A program made the translations under genes and the position numbers. Of a DNA stretch of 64,000 nt, positions 36,449-47,228 are shown piece by piece. Location of the stretch: assembly GCA_031259325.1 (NCBI GenBank), contig JAIRLM010000022.1:4384-68383 (forward strand). The letters run 5' to 3'. This DNA is from Puniceicoccales bacterium (GTDB lineage: Bacteria > Verrucomicrobiota > Verrucomicrobiia > Opitutales > JAIRLM01). Position 1 is the first letter of the stretch. Each line of letters begins with the position of its first letter. A model generated the notes under the pieces. It had not been told where the DNA came from. It saw only the letters and a list, made by a program, of their open reading frames with translations, and did not search any database.

Positions 36449-38110
36449 TTAGATGTGTGCCGCCATTTGTGCGGCCAGCACCGTGCTTTGTCCGTCCGGT
36501 GTTTGACGTAATTTCGTATAAAAATAGGCCCACGGCGCAACGTACTGAAAGCCCCAATTTGCAGGTGCCGATGAATTTTGTGGGATTCCGCCCTGGATTG
36601 ACATTGATTCAATTTCAATGCTATCATCCTCTGATATTTTGATCACCGTTTTTCCGTTTTGACGCCCCGCATCATAAAGATCAAGTAGTGCCTGGGAAAA
36701 TTTTTCGAGTTCTTCTCCGCGTACGCCCTTTTTTACGCCAAAGTCATCCAATGCGAGGATCAGGCGCGCAGATTCGCCTTGCGTCCATGGATAGAAGCAT
36801 ATGGCTCGAAGAATTTGAGCGATCGCGTTTCTTTTAAAATTTTGCTTTAGCATACTTACTATAAATTCAGCTGCTGGGTAATCGATTCCAGCTGAACGAC
36901 ACAACATTTTAACGTCCGTTGATAGAATTCTTTTGTCGCCAAACCATATCTCAATTTTGTCCCGAAAAAGGTCTTTGAAAATAGTAAGATCCACCAATGG
37001 AGATTTACGAAATGCCGTAATCAAATCGCTTGATTCGGACAAATTTGCGAAAAATTCTGCTGCAATCCTGCGATCGCGTGATTTCGCATCGGGGGCTACT
37101 GTTGGTGAATTGCATATTAACTGTATCGCATCTAGGTTAACATATTTCCATCCATTAAAATTTTGTTCCGCCGCCAAAGCATCCCAAATGTCGCAAGGAA
37201 CGACCATCTTCATACTATGGGATGCTACTAGCATATTCCATGCAATCATATAATTTTTAGATGCAAGCGCCCCCAAGAAAGCCACTTTTTCAGCCGTATG
37301 CCCCTCGCCATATTCGGCGATAATTCCAACAAGTTGTTGCGGAGATATGTCAACAGCGTCATTCGGCACTGGCTCCATACTCATGCGGTGTCTAAATTTG
37401 CCAATTTCAAGCAAAAGTGTTATAGAATTTTCTACATTTCCATTCCTAAAACCGACAATCACTTCCACGCCAAATGCCATGAGCGCACCAATGTCATAGG
37501 ACGCATTTGGGCTTAATAACGGTTCAGGAATATCGCCACAGTTGGACGGAATTTGCTGGACAAGCTTTGAAAATATTCGCGAGCTAACCAACAAAAGGCG
37601 TTCCCTATATGTATTATAAACGATTATAGGAAGTCGCATAATCCCATTGCGAGCAAATATATCTTTTGCAAATAACAATGCGCCGTCCAATTGCTCATAA
37701 GTCTGGACGCCTTCAAATCTGCCCACTGCAATGTTGCTCAAATGGTCAGCAATCTCATTAATGCCGTTTACGATATATGTTAACGCCTGGTCAGTTGTTT
37801 TGGCGACTTGCTGAAGAGTTTTTTGGTCGGCATTTGGAAAAAGTAAACTAAGTATGACAATGCGGCCATCGGTTGGATAAAATTGACGTATATTTGCGAG
37901 AATTTGTTCCTTGTTAATGCTGCCAAAAGTGAATTGCCTACAGGGAGGCGTATACACTCCTTGCAGCAGGCCAGCTACAGTTGGTTGTTTGGCCGTTATT
38001 ACGGTAACTACTTCTACAGCCTGAGATGTGAAAAATTGCTCACACATGTAATAAATTTCCAGATTTGCTATCATGCAGTATGCATATATGCCGAATTGCA
38101 AACATGTCAA
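36449..38110 (-). CDS. Orphan 553-aa soluble protein, convergent on and 7 bp from sctL; candidate T3SS-associated or effector protein
   Basis: Long ORF with no TM, no signal peptide and no recognisable motif. Visibly AT-richer than the flanking genes. The start may be an internal Met (about 38047). Confidence 0.55.
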   Translation of the reverse strand: MTCLQFGIYAYCMIANLEIYYMCEQFFTSQAVEVVTVITAKQPTVAGLLQGVYTPPCRQFTFGSINKEQILANIRQFYPTDGRIVILSLLFPNADQKTLQQVAKTTDQALTYIVNGINEIADHLSNIAVGRFEGVQTYEQLDGALLFAKDIFARNGIMRLPIIVYNTYRERLLLVSSRIFSKLVQQIPSNCGDIPEPLLSPNASYDIGALMAFGVEVIVGFRNGNVENSITLLLEIGKFRHRMSMEPVPNDAVDISPQQLVGIIAEYGEGHTAEKVAFLGALASKNYMIAWNMLVASHSMKMVVPCDIWDALAAEQNFNGWKYVNLDAIQLICNSPTVAPDAKSRDRRIAAEFFANLSESSDLITAFRKSPLVDLTIFKDLFRDKIEIWFGDKRILSTDVKMLCRSAGIDYPAAEFIVSMLKQNFKRNAIAQILRAICFYPWTQGESARLILALDDFGVKKGVRGEELEKFSQALLDLYDAGRQNGKTVIKISEDDSIEIESMSIQGGIPQNSSAPANWGFQYVAPWAYFYTKLRQTPDGQSTVLAAQMAAHI

Positions 38111-38240
38111 TATTATATGTGTTGTATTCCATTAATTCCGTTGCGTTTACCGCGTATCAGAACTGTGCGGCTGTCGGCATGGCATTGGCTAAATTTTTTG
38201 CGCTTGCCATCCGTTAGCCTACGGCACTGCATCTGACTGG

Positions 38241-38315
38241 GCTCCCATAGTTCAATGGATAGAATATTGGTCTCCGGAACCGACGATTTGGGTTCGAATC
38301 CCGATGGGAGCGCCA
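38241..38315 (+). tRNA. tRNA-Arg (anticodon CCG), CCA encoded
   Basis: Acceptor GCTCCCA/TGGGAGC, anticodon loop CTCCGGA, T-loop GGGTTCGAATCCC. Confidence 0.9.
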
Positions 38316-38321
38316 CCGGCT

Positions 38322-39602
38322 TTAGTCGAAAGCACCGAAAAGCTCGTTTGCGGTAAGAGTTTGCATGCTGCCCGAAGAAAGATTTTTTAGTGTAAAATTC
38401 CCCGATGTCAGCTCATCGGTGCCGACAAATAGCGCGAAACTGGCTCCGGACCTACCTGCTTCCTTGAGCTGCTTAGAGAATGATGATTCCCCCCTAAGAT
38501 CATAGCACAGGGATATCCCTCTGTCCCGCAGGTCCTGGCAAATGGAAAGGGCCGCTTTCCGGTTTTCATCGGAAAAAATAACAAATACGTGCGGGGCGGC
38601 TTTATATGCGGGAATCAGTTGTTTTTCCTGCAGGAGGAGTCCGAGCGTCACATCGCCAATGGCAAACCCACAGGCGGGCAAGGGGGTTTTGTGGAGTTTT
38701 TCCAATAGATCATCGTATCTCCCGCCACCGGCCAGTGCCCTACCCTGTCCGGATCGTTCAAATGCCTCGAAAACAAAGCCCGTGTAGTAGGCAAGGCCGC
38801 GTACGATCCCGAGATCAATTTGGATAAAAGGCATCAGCCGCAGGTCATCCAGCAATTGCAAAAGCTTTTCCCAATCGCCAACACGCGGCAAATTTTGCTC
38901 GCCGAAAGCATTTTGGATATCTTCCAGCGTGCGACATTGCCGCAAATCGTTGATCGCCGCAAAAAGCTCCGGGCCCAGATTTGGCGAAAGTTCCGCCAGC
39001 TTTTTTTTCAATTCCCGCGAACCTTCCCGCTCAAACCTGTCGATGATCTCCAAAAATGAAGGCATTTGCTCGCCGGATAGGCCGATCCATGCCAAAAAAT
39101 CCAGCCAAAGCCTCCGGTCGCTGATTCGAATGACAAAATCATCCGCACCGAGTCCAACTCCGCGGAAAACGGAGACCAAAAGGGCAATTATTTCCGCATC
39201 CGCAGAAACACCACCTTCTCCTAAAAGGTCGGCATTCATTTGCCAAAATGCGCGAAGCCTACCCTTTTGCGGCCGTTCATAGCGAAAATGTTCCCCCACG
39301 TTGCACCAGCGGATGGGACGTTTGAGCGACGACGCCCGTGCGGCAATCATGCGTGCGAGCGTTGGGGTAAGCTCCGGACGAAGTGCAACCGCCCGGCCGC
39401 CGCGGTCGGTGAAATTAAACAACTGGGAAATAATTTCCTCTCCAGATTTTTCTACGAAAAGATCCAAAGGTTCCAGGAGCGGGCCATCAAACTCCTCAAA
39501 ACCAAAGGTGCGAGTTACCCGGCAAAAGTTCCGAAGGAGATGATTTCGGACGGCGCAAGAATCCGGGTAAAAATCGCGAAATCCTGGCAAAGCCTGCTCC
39601 AT
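38322..39602 (-). CDS. hisS: Histidine--tRNA ligase
   Basis: Start set at MEQALPGFRDFYP (ATG at 39602). Class II motifs are present, including GGGRYDDL. The ORF extension to 39773 runs through tRNA-Tyr and is rejected. Confidence 0.9.
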   Translation of the reverse strand: MEQALPGFRDFYPDSCAVRNHLLRNFCRVTRTFGFEEFDGPLLEPLDLFVEKSGEEIISQLFNFTDRGGRAVALRPELTPTLARMIAARASSLKRPIRWCNVGEHFRYERPQKGRLRAFWQMNADLLGEGGVSADAEIIALLVSVFRGVGLGADDFVIRISDRRLWLDFLAWIGLSGEQMPSFLEIIDRFEREGSRELKKKLAELSPNLGPELFAAINDLRQCRTLEDIQNAFGEQNLPRVGDWEKLLQLLDDLRLMPFIQIDLGIVRGLAYYTGFVFEAFERSGQGRALAGGGRYDDLLEKLHKTPLPACGFAIGDVTLGLLLQEKQLIPAYKAAPHVFVIFSDENRKAALSICQDLRDRGISLCYDLRGESSFSKQLKEAGRSGASFALFVGTDELTSGNFTLKNLSSGSMQTLTANELFGAFD

Positions 39603-39648
39603 GGACAAACGCTGTAGCCCGAAAAATTCATTGTCAACGTTCCGCAAA

Positions 39649-39734
39649 TGGTGGTGAGGGAGGGATTCGAACCCACGAAGAGAAACCTCGACAGATTTAC
39701 AGTCTGCACCCTTTAGCCACTTGGTTACCTCACC
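39649..39734 (-). tRNA. tRNA-Tyr (anticodon GUA), CCA encoded
   Basis: The reverse complement has acceptor GGTGAGG/CCTCACC, anticodon loop CTGTAAA, a long variable arm and T-loop GGTTCGAATCCC. Confidence 0.9.
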
Positions 39735-39938
39735 AGCCGCGGCACCGTAAAAGGTATGCCAGTCGCATGCCAAGCTTTTTCAAATGGGAAATGCCGCCAT
39801 CCATTGCCGCGCAATTTTGAGAGATGCCTCCGTTTGCGCTGGTGGAAGGAATGTGCGGATAGTGCTACCGGACCATTCAAAGAAAGGCATTGCATTTTGG
39901 TGTTTCCAATTCAGAGACTGACGCGAAGGGAGTGGGCG

Positions 39939-40394
39939 TTGGACAACGAAGAAATTGAAAAACTGGCGGCGTTAATCAAGGCCTACGAACTGGAAGAAAT
40001 TGAGTTGGAACGAGATGGTACGCGTGTGCGCCTTTGCCGACGGAAGTTTCAGGAGCCCGGCGTCCCGATCTATGGTGTAATGCCACACGCAATTGGATTC
40101 CCACCGCAAGGCATAACACCGCCCGTGCCCCAGCAATCCGAACCGGAGGCATCAATTTTGACCATTACCTCGCCCATGGTCGGGACTTTTTACCGGTCGC
40201 CGGCGCCGGGTCGTCCAGCCTTTGTAGAAATCGGCAGCTCAATCCAAGCCAACACGGTGGTTTGCATCATCGAAGCCATGAAGGTACTCAATGAAATCCC
40301 AGCGGAAGTCACGGGTACGGTGGTGGACGTTCTGGTAAAAGACGGCCAGGCCGTTGAATACGGCCAGTCACTTTTTAAAGTTCGTCCCAATTGA
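39939..40394 (+). CDS. accB: Acetyl-CoA carboxylase biotin carboxyl carrier protein
   Basis: Biotinyl-lysine motif CIIEAMKVLNEI. Start proposed at the TTG at 39939 (MDNEEIEKLAALIKAY..., with AAGGGAG upstream). The ORF track starts at 39756 with unconserved sequence. Confidence 0.85.
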   Translation: MDNEEIEKLAALIKAYELEEIELERDGTRVRLCRRKFQEPGVPIYGVMPHAIGFPPQGITPPVPQQSEPEASILTITSPMVGTFYRSPAPGRPAFVEIGSSIQANTVVCIIEAMKVLNEIPAEVTGTVVDVLVKDGQAVEYGQSLFKVRPN

Positions 40395-40400
40395 TACGCC

Positions 40401-41774
40401 ATGTTCGAGAAAGTACTCATTGCCAATCGGGGGGAAATTGCCCTGCGCGTCATCCGGGCCTGCAAGGAACTGGGACTCAAGACGGTTGCCGTGTATTCGG
40501 AGGCGGACGCGGATTCCCTGCACGTACATCTGGCGGATGAGGCCATTTGCATCGGTCCCGCACCCGCATCCGCGAGTTATTTGCGCAGTGACCGCATTCT
40601 TGCCGCCGCCGAGATTAGCAACGTGGATGCCATTCACCCAGGGTACGGGTTTTTGTCAGAAAATGCCCAGTTTGCCGACCAATGTCACAGTTGTCACATT
40701 ACTTTCATTGGGCCATCGCCGCAAACCATTGAGCTAATGGGCAATAAGGCCTCCGCCAAAGCCGTGGCGCAGAAGGCCAAGGTTCCCGTGACACCGGGAA
40801 GTGAGGGTGTGGTGGAATCGGAGGCGGAAGGTGTGAAAATCGCCCAGAAAATCGGATTTCCCGTGCTTCTCAAGGCGGTTTCCGGCGGCGGCGGAAAGGG
40901 CATGCGCTTGGTTCATACGCCGGCGGCGTTTATGAAGGAATTTGGCGTGGCTCGGGCGGAAGCGGAAAAAAATTTCGGCAACGGCGCGCTCTACATCGAA
41001 AAGTGCATCGAAAGCCCGCGACACATTGAATTTCAGATTTTAGCCGACTCCAAGGGTAATGTGGTCCACCTGGGAGAGCGGGATTGTTCCATCCAAAGGC
41101 GCTATCAGAAGCTCGTTGAAGAGGCCCCGTCGACTTTTCTCACGTCGAGCCTGCGGCAAAAAATGGGAAAAGCGGCGGTGCGCCTTGCCCGAGCTTGCCA
41201 GTATGAAAACGCGGGAACCATAGAATTTTTGGTGGATGCCCACGGAAATTTTTATTTCATGGAAATGAACACCCGCATACAAGTGGAACACGGCGTCACC
41301 GAAGAAATCACGGGCATTGACCTTGTCCAATGGCAGCTGCGAATTGCCCGCGGGGAAACTTTGAATTTTTCGCAAAAGGATGTGCGCTTTTCCGGCCATG
41401 CCATTGAATGCCGCATTAACGCGGAGGATTTCACGCGCAATTTTGCGCCCCAGCCCGGTGAAATTTCCCTCTACTACGCGCCCGGTGGTCCTGGAATTCG
41501 CATTGACTCCCATGTTTACGGCGGCTACCGCATTCCACAGTATTATGATAGTATGATTGGAAAAGTGATTGCGATTGGGAAGAATCGGGGTGAGGCTATT
41601 CGACGCATGAATCAGGCGCTTTCCGGGTATATCGTTCGCGGCGTGGCCACGACCATCCATTACCAGCGCGCCATCATGCAAGATCCCATTTTTTGCAATG
41701 GCCAGGTGGATACCGGCTTCATTGAGGCGTTTTCCCAGCGCCTTCCATCGGACCCAGCGGAGAAAGCCCTATGA
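40401..41774 (+). CDS. accC: Acetyl-CoA carboxylase biotin carboxylase subunit
   Basis: [37 protein letters not shown] motif ([16 protein letters not shown]). Confidence 0.95.
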   Translation: MFEKVLIANRGEIALRVIRACKELGLKTVAVYSEADADSLHVHLADEAICIGPAPASASYLRSDRILAAAEISNVDAIHPGYGFLSENAQFADQCHSCHITFIGPSPQTIELMGNKASAKAVAQKAKVPVTPGSEGVVESEAEGVKIAQKIGFPVLLKAVSGGGGKGMRLVHTPAAFMKEFGVARAEAEKNFGNGALYIEKCIESPRHIEFQILADSKGNVVHLGERDCSIQRRYQKLVEEAPSTFLTSSLRQKMGKAAVRLARACQYENAGTIEFLVDAHGNFYFMEMNTRIQVEHGVTEEITGIDLVQWQLRIARGETLNFSQKDVRFSGHAIECRINAEDFTRNFAPQPGEISLYYAPGGPGIRIDSHVYGGYRIPQYYDSMIGKVIAIGKNRGEAIRRMNQALSGYIVRGVATTIHYQRAIMQDPIFCNGQVDTGFIEAFSQRLPSDPAEKAL

Positions 41775-42202
41775 ATCGAAAGTCGCGCGACAATTCGACG
41801 GATGACATGGCTGGAGATGTCATGGCCCCGGATGGAGAAATCCGCATCAATCACAGCGTCATTGCCAGCATCGTCCGGTACAGTGCCTTGGCCGTGGATG
41901 GCGTGGCTCAGGTGGGTGGACGATTCATCGACGGCATCGCGGAAATTTTCTCCAAGCGTGAAACGGATCGGGGTGTGACCGTCAAAGAGGACGAGCAGGG
42001 ACGCTATAACATCGACGTCCGCGTGCTGCTCTATTTCGGGTGTCAGCTCACGCAGGTTGCCGCACAAGTTCAACAAAACGTGGCCAACCAGATAGCGTTC
42101 ATGACCAATAAGTCCGTGGCCCAGGTTAATGTGACCATTGACGGCATACGCGCTCGCGAGGACAAGCCGGAGACCACATTGCCGTTGAACGGCGGAGAGT
42201 AG
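41771..42202 (+). CDS. Asp23/Gls24 family envelope stress protein
   Basis: [23 protein letters not shown] and VNVTIDGI are typical of the Asp23 family. The start overlaps the accC stop. Confidence 0.75.
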   Translation: MNRKSRDNSTDDMAGDVMAPDGEIRINHSVIASIVRYSALAVDGVAQVGGRFIDGIAEIFSKRETDRGVTVKEDEQGRYNIDVRVLLYFGCQLTQVAAQVQQNVANQIAFMTNKSVAQVNVTIDGIRAREDKPETTLPLNGGE

Positions 42203-42207
42203 GGGGT

Positions 42208-42654
42208 ATGATGAGAAATTTTTTTCAGACACTTCTGACTTTTGTTACGGATCATCGGCTGGGTTTGGTACTTCTCGCCACCGCCGCCGTTGGGTCGTTT
42301 GTTCTATGGCGTTTTATTCGCTGCTGGCGGAGAAAAATTCTTATCGCCGATGGTGAGTGGGGAACCGTTTCCGTTTCCGTGCGCGCCATTCGCGGAACCA
42401 TTCGCGGCATATGCGACACCTTTAGCCCCGCCGGGCATCCGTGCATACGTATCCGGGAGAAAAAATCCGTTCTTTCGATTGCCATTCATTTGCAAGCACC
42501 CTTTGGGTGCAATGTCCCAGAGCTTTCTCGGCAGATTCAAGAGGCCATCGCCAGCAACCTCCGAGAACAGTTCGGCTTTTCCGCCGTCGGTCCCATCGAT
42601 GTGGTCATTAGCCATTTCCACCCGTGCTGCCAAGGGAACGGCAGGGCCTTCTAA
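42208..42654 (+). CDS. Small membrane protein, possibly an AmaP-like Asp23 membrane anchor
   Basis: N-terminal TM (LGLVLLATAAVGSFVLWRFI), directly downstream of the Asp23 gene. The assignment rests on context only. Confidence 0.4.
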   Translation: MMRNFFQTLLTFVTDHRLGLVLLATAAVGSFVLWRFIRCWRRKILIADGEWGTVSVSVRAIRGTIRGICDTFSPAGHPCIRIREKKSVLSIAIHLQAPFGCNVPELSRQIQEAIASNLREQFGFSAVGPIDVVISHFHPCCQGNGRAF

Positions 42655-42700
42655 TTTATCGTCTTGATAAAGCTTTATCTTCACTCTGCGAGTTTAATAA

Positions 42701-43253
42701 ATGTGCAATTTATAAAATTAGCTTCTATAATAATTTTCCGACTTAAAAGATATGCGAAAATGTTCGCTTTTGTACTTGTCGTCTGTTGCCAGATTTTGTT
42801 GAATGAGCGTATTCTTCAACGCGTAAGGTTTTTGGCTTTAAGCTTCACATAGCAAGCAATGAGCAAAGAAAAATCGTGGCATTTCGCCCGACAAATGGCA
42901 ACCGTCACGATATTGAGGAAGCGGAAAACTTGCTTCGAAGGTGTATGGGAACAGCGATTGGCGACAAAGACTACTGTTCCAACAAAATTAAAGAACGATT
43001 CGCACAAATTGGAATACGTTCCATTGCGCGTGAGAATATGCAAAACGAGGACACGGAAGAAGAAAAAAATATTCTCCAACAACGCAATACGGTGGAACGT
43101 GTTTTTTGAAATTGAAGCGCCTCGTCGGCGACGGCTTTTCGCGCTTTCGGTCTTGGGGCGCGGCACAGGCGATAATCGTCGTTGACATGCTTGTACTAAA
43201 TCTAAGAATTTAAATTGAGAAATTATTATAGAAATGAGTTTTGTAGCTCACAT
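42701..43253 (+). mobile_element. Decayed IS982-family insertion sequence remnant bounded by ~50-bp imperfect inverted repeats
   Basis: Left end at 42701-42755; the right end at 43201-43253 is its inverted copy (core ttctataataattt / aaattattatagaa). Only a 77-aa transposase fragment lies inside, too short for an intact IS. Confidence 0.7.
42876..43109 (+). pseudogene. IS982-family DDE transposase fragment (C-terminal part only)
   Basis: GDKDYCSNKIKERFAQIGIRSIARENMQN...LQQRNTVERVF parallels the IS982 pattern DKGY.S..L...L...GI.L....R.NMK...R..IE..F. Confidence 0.7.
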
Positions 43254-43403
43254 TAATATTGCTTGCCGACTTCCTTGTCAGTAGACTCGCGCAATTTACC
43301 TATCGACAAACGGCTTGGAAGTCGTGAGATCTCTCGCGAAAGTTAAAAACACGGGCCCCAAATCTCGTGATTTACGCGGGCAAAAACGGCCGAAGATCGG
43401 TTT

Positions 43404-44432
43404 TTACAGGGGGACTGGCGCAATTGTGCTGGCGGTTTTGTGTTGCATGCCACTAAGGAGCGCAAACACGTACGAAAGTCTTTCCGATAGGCTTTTTATG
43501 GTGTTCAGCAGGTATGTGCTGGCGGCAAGCTGCAGCGCGAACACGGCTTCTTTGGCTGTTTTTTCGGTTGTGATGTGGCCATTTGCTATCAAATTTGCGA
43601 TGGAACGAACGGATGCGTCGCGCTCGTAAAAAAATTGAATGATAGGTTCAGTCACAGCGAATAAAATGGCGATTCCGACCAGAGCAATCGCAATCACAGC
43701 TAAAATCGTTGAAGTTGCGAAAATCAGTGCTAAGAGGCCGAAAGTAAGTGCCGCGATTCCAGCTATTGGCGTGGCAAAAAAGATAAATATCAAAAATTTA
43801 CGCTGCTCCGCGTGACCCATTTCATGGAACGCAATGGCAAGGGCCGTTGCGGCGCCAAAATCCTTCCCAGGGACCGTTTCACAGGGTGTGTCATTCTGTC
43901 TTGCAACCGTTTTTCCAATGCACGCCGGAATCGAAACGACGTGATGAAGCGAGTCATAGTAGCATGCGGATAAATCATTTGTTTTTCCAGCGATAATGCA
44001 AACACGTTTTCCGGTTTTTTGGAAAATCGGACCGTTTCTCAAGTTTGCTTTATTCATTATATCATAGACGGTGTCATCACCGGCTTTTGCCTTTGGATTG
44101 CCTATGTCGGCCAGATTATAATGAATCCCTACAAGTTTAAAATGGGCATAAATTCCTGCGACAATGGCCAGCGGACTCATGAGTAGGCAGCGGAGGCCAC
44201 GGCCAACTCCACTGAAAAAAACCAATATGCGACAATAGATTCCCGGGGCTCCGCGAAGTTCGATGCCCTTTCGCTTCAATATTTCTATGGCAAGCGGATT
44301 AGAATAAACGCGTTCGACCATTGCGGAATCCGTCACTTCCTTGGCATCTCCAATCTTTTTCAAAATTTCAATGGCATCGGAGGCATAATCCGTGCAAAGA
44401 GGTCCACCGATTAGGTAATCCCAAAAATTCAC
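43404..44432 (-). CDS. Membrane zinc metallopeptidase (HExxH; YugP/Zn_peptidase_2-like) with extra N-terminal domain
   Basis: AIAFHEMGHAEQ motif followed by 2-3 TM helices. It is about 110 aa longer than the typical family member I recall. Confidence 0.5.
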   Translation of the reverse strand: MNFWDYLIGGPLCTDYASDAIEILKKIGDAKEVTDSAMVERVYSNPLAIEILKRKGIELRGAPGIYCRILVFFSGVGRGLRCLLMSPLAIVAGIYAHFKLVGIHYNLADIGNPKAKAGDDTVYDIMNKANLRNGPIFQKTGKRVCIIAGKTNDLSACYYDSLHHVVSIPACIGKTVARQNDTPCETVPGKDFGAATALAIAFHEMGHAEQRKFLIFIFFATPIAGIAALTFGLLALIFATSTILAVIAIALVGIAILFAVTEPIIQFFYERDASVRSIANLIANGHITTEKTAKEAVFALQLAASTYLLNTIKSLSERLSYVFALLSGMQHKTASTIAPVPL

Positions 44433-44647
44433 ATTTTCACTGAAATGAATATGAGCAATAAGTCAACCAAGAATGTGACCTTGCGCGAATTTCGCCGGAG
44501 TGGTTTATCCCATTTTCTCCCAAAGTTGAATCAAGTAATTTCATAAAGGTAGATTTATGATAGCGTTAGATACCGACGCGGGACGTGTTGCAGCCCGGTG
44601 TGGGCGTCCGAAAGGGACACTCGTGTGCATGCACACTCCTTTGGTTA

Positions 44648-45541
44648 TTATGAGGCAACGGAGCCGCTGGAGATTTCAATAATTTCGTTGGTAATGGCCA
44701 TCTGGCGGGCTTTATTATATTCCAAATTAAGTGTTCGGCCGATGGATTCGGCGTTATCCGTTGCCGTTTTCATCGCCACCATGCGGGCACTTTGTTCCGC
44801 GGCCTTTGCTTCCAAGAGCAGGTGATAGAGGGTTTCGCGGAAAAAACTTTCCACCAACGCACACATGACCGCATCCGGCGTGGGTTCGATGATCAGACTC
44901 CGCGGATCATTTGGCATAGCACCCTGCTCTCGGCGGAAAAGCTTCCGCTGTTCCTCAACGCCGCCTCGTAAAAATTTCAATGGCAGAAGTGTTTGCAATA
45001 TTGGCTGTTGGCACATGGTGTTGACATATACGGTGGAGGCAACTTCGATGCTATCGATCTCGCCCTTTTGGTAGGCATTCTTGGCAAAGTCGGCGACACT
45101 GCGCACTTCATGGAATGGAACGCTGTCCGTGAGCGGAAATTCCGCGAGCAAATGCAATTGTCGTGACGCCAGGAACTGTTTTCCCTTTTTCCCCATGGCG
45201 ATGTATTTCACGGAATCTTCCGCCGGTGGCAGCACGCGGAAAAGATTCTGATTCAACGAACCGCAAAGGCCCTTGTTGGTACTTACCAAAATAATACCCC
45301 GGCAGTGAATTTCCCGCTCCTCCAGAAGCGGATGGAGAAATTTTTTCCTACGCTTTTGGGCAAATTCGGCGAGAAGTCGTTCGGCGAGCTCCGCCAGGCG
45401 CATGGCATAGGAACGCCCGCCAACGGCCAGCTGCTGCGCCCGATGCATCTTTGAGGATGCGACCAACTGCATGGCCCTGGTAATTTTCGCCGTATTTCGT
45501 ACGGCCCGCAGCCGCTGCTTGATTTCCTTAAAGCTTTTCAT
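44648..45541 (-). CDS. atpG: F-type ATP synthase gamma subunit
   Basis: N-terminal IKQRLRAVRNTAKITRAMQLVASSKM and C-terminal LEYNKARQMAITNEIIEI. Confidence 0.9.
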   Translation of the reverse strand: MKSFKEIKQRLRAVRNTAKITRAMQLVASSKMHRAQQLAVGGRSYAMRLAELAERLLAEFAQKRRKKFLHPLLEEREIHCRGIILVSTNKGLCGSLNQNLFRVLPPAEDSVKYIAMGKKGKQFLASRQLHLLAEFPLTDSVPFHEVRSVADFAKNAYQKGEIDSIEVASTVYVNTMCQQPILQTLLPLKFLRGGVEEQRKLFRREQGAMPNDPRSLIIEPTPDAVMCALVESFFRETLYHLLLEAKAAEQSARMVAMKTATDNAESIGRTLNLEYNKARQMAITNEIIEISSGSVAS

Positions 45542-45547
45542 GGCCCA

Positions 45548-47110
45548 TCACGCGTTTGATTGCGCGTCTCCGCCCTGGGTTGTCTGCCAAGATTCCAGTG
45601 CACCGTGCAGCCGTTTGCCGACGGCGCCATCGATTTCCTTTTTGGCGGCAATGTCCTCCAATAGCTGTATTTGTGCCGACCTAACCCATTGCTCCAAGTC
45701 GTCCGCCGCCTTTTTCGTTTTATTGACGGGAATTTTGTCAAAGAATCCATTTTGCACGGCCCAGAGAAGAAAAACTTGCACTTCCATGGGCTTTGGAGCA
45801 AGGCGTGGCTGTTTAAAAAGTTCCACGATGCGGGCTCCGCGGTCTAACTGCTGCTGCGTGCGCTCATCCAATTCTGACCCAAATTGCGCAAAGGCCATCA
45901 GCTCATAGTACTGGCCCAAGTCCAATTTCACCTTTCCCGCCACTTGTTTGAAGGCCTTTACCTGCGCTGCGGATCCAACCCGGGAAACGGAAATGCCGGT
46001 GGCAATGGCCGGACGAACGCCGCGATTGAATAGGTCCGTATCCAGATAAATCTGTCCATCGGTGATGGATATGATATTGGTGGGAATGTATGCGGAGACA
46101 TCGCCCTCCTGCGTTTCGACAATAGGTAGAGCCGTCAGCGACCCGCCACCGTTGTCCCGGTTAAGCCGTGCTGAACGTTCCAAAAGGCGAGAATGCAGAT
46201 AAAAAATATCCCCAGGATAGGCTTGCCGGCCCGCCGGACGCTTGAGAACGAGTGAAATTTGCCGGTAGGCGACGGCATGCTTGGATAAATCGTCATAGAC
46301 AATAAGCGCGTCCATGCCGTTGTCCATGAACCACTCGCCCATGGCCGTTCCGGCGTAGGGGGCGATGTATTGGCCGACGGGATTATTGGACGCTCCCTCG
46401 GCGAGGATGATGGTATATTGGAGCGCACTGTGCGATTCCAACAGCTGAATGGTTTTTGCCACGGCGGATCGGCGTTGGCCAATGGCGACGTAGATGGAAT
46501 AGACCGGGCGAAATTCCGGATCCCCAGATGCCTCTCCCTGGCGGTTGATTTCCGCCTGGTTCAAAATTGCGTCGATGGCAATGGAGGTCTTCCCCGTTGC
46601 CCGGTCGCCGATGATGAGCTCCCGCTGTCCGCGGCCAATGGGAATCATGGAATCGATGGCAATGATCCCCGTCTGCAGCGGTTGGCTCACTGATTGGCGG
46701 GGAAGGATTCCCGGGGCAATTTTTTCCACGGGATAGTGTTCCGTTGTGCCTATGGGCCCGCGTCCGTCGATGGGTTCGCCAAGTCCGTTGACCACACGGC
46801 CCAAAAGTTCCTTTCCCGCGGGAACGGAAAGAAGCTCGCCCGTTGTTTTCACCTCGTCGCCGGCATTGATTTTGGCCTCATCTGAAAGCACCACGATGCC
46901 CACGCAGTCTTCCGCCAAATTGAGTGCCAGACCCAGGGAACCGTCGGCAAATTGCACCTTTTCGTTGAGTTTTACCTGCGAAAGTCCGCTGGCAAACGCG
47001 ACGCCATCGCCGAAGGAAAGCACGTGTCCAAAGTTTTCATGCGCGGTGGACGGCTGCAGCGCCGCGATTTCCCTCCGAATTTTCTCTATGATCTCGTTTG
47101 CCGTATCCAT
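45548..47110 (-). CDS. atpA: F-type ATP synthase alpha subunit
   Basis: Walker [36 protein letters not shown]; 520 aa. Confidence 0.95.
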   Translation of the reverse strand: MDTANEIIEKIRREIAALQPSTAHENFGHVLSFGDGVAFASGLSQVKLNEKVQFADGSLGLALNLAEDCVGIVVLSDEAKINAGDEVKTTGELLSVPAGKELLGRVVNGLGEPIDGRGPIGTTEHYPVEKIAPGILPRQSVSQPLQTGIIAIDSMIPIGRGQRELIIGDRATGKTSIAIDAILNQAEINRQGEASGDPEFRPVYSIYVAIGQRRSAVAKTIQLLESHSALQYTIILAEGASNNPVGQYIAPYAGTAMGEWFMDNGMDALIVYDDLSKHAVAYRQISLVLKRPAGRQAYPGDIFYLHSRLLERSARLNRDNGGGSLTALPIVETQEGDVSAYIPTNIISITDGQIYLDTDLFNRGVRPAIATGISVSRVGSAAQVKAFKQVAGKVKLDLGQYYELMAFAQFGSELDERTQQQLDRGARIVELFKQPRLAPKPMEVQVFLLWAVQNGFFDKIPVNKTKKAADDLEQWVRSAQIQLLEDIAAKKEIDGAVGKRLHGALESWQTTQGGDAQSNA

Positions 47111-47228
47111 GAATTCAACTTCTGCTCACATGCTGATGTCAATCTCCTGACTGTCAACGCCGCACGCACGAAAGCCCGTCGATTATCCAAACAAGGAGCC
47201 GGAAACCGCAAACATACGAAACCGCCGA

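Noticed and set aside
38241-38315. tRNA-Arg as the integration site of a T3SS genomic island
   Set aside because: The T3SS genes lie on the 5' side of the tRNA, whereas islands normally integrate at the 3' end. I saw no direct repeat of the tRNA 3' end and no integrase gene.
39603-39773. 57-codon N-terminal extension of the hisS ORF
   Set aside because: It runs straight through tRNA-Tyr (39649-39734) on the same strand and is unconserved. The canonical HisRS N-terminus (MEQALPGFRDFYP) starts at the Met at 39602.
44620-44645. Palindrome gtgtgcatgcacac just downstream of atpG as a rho-independent terminator
   Set aside because: It is a perfect palindrome with no loop, and no T-run follows it on the minus strand. 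This is not enough to call a terminator.
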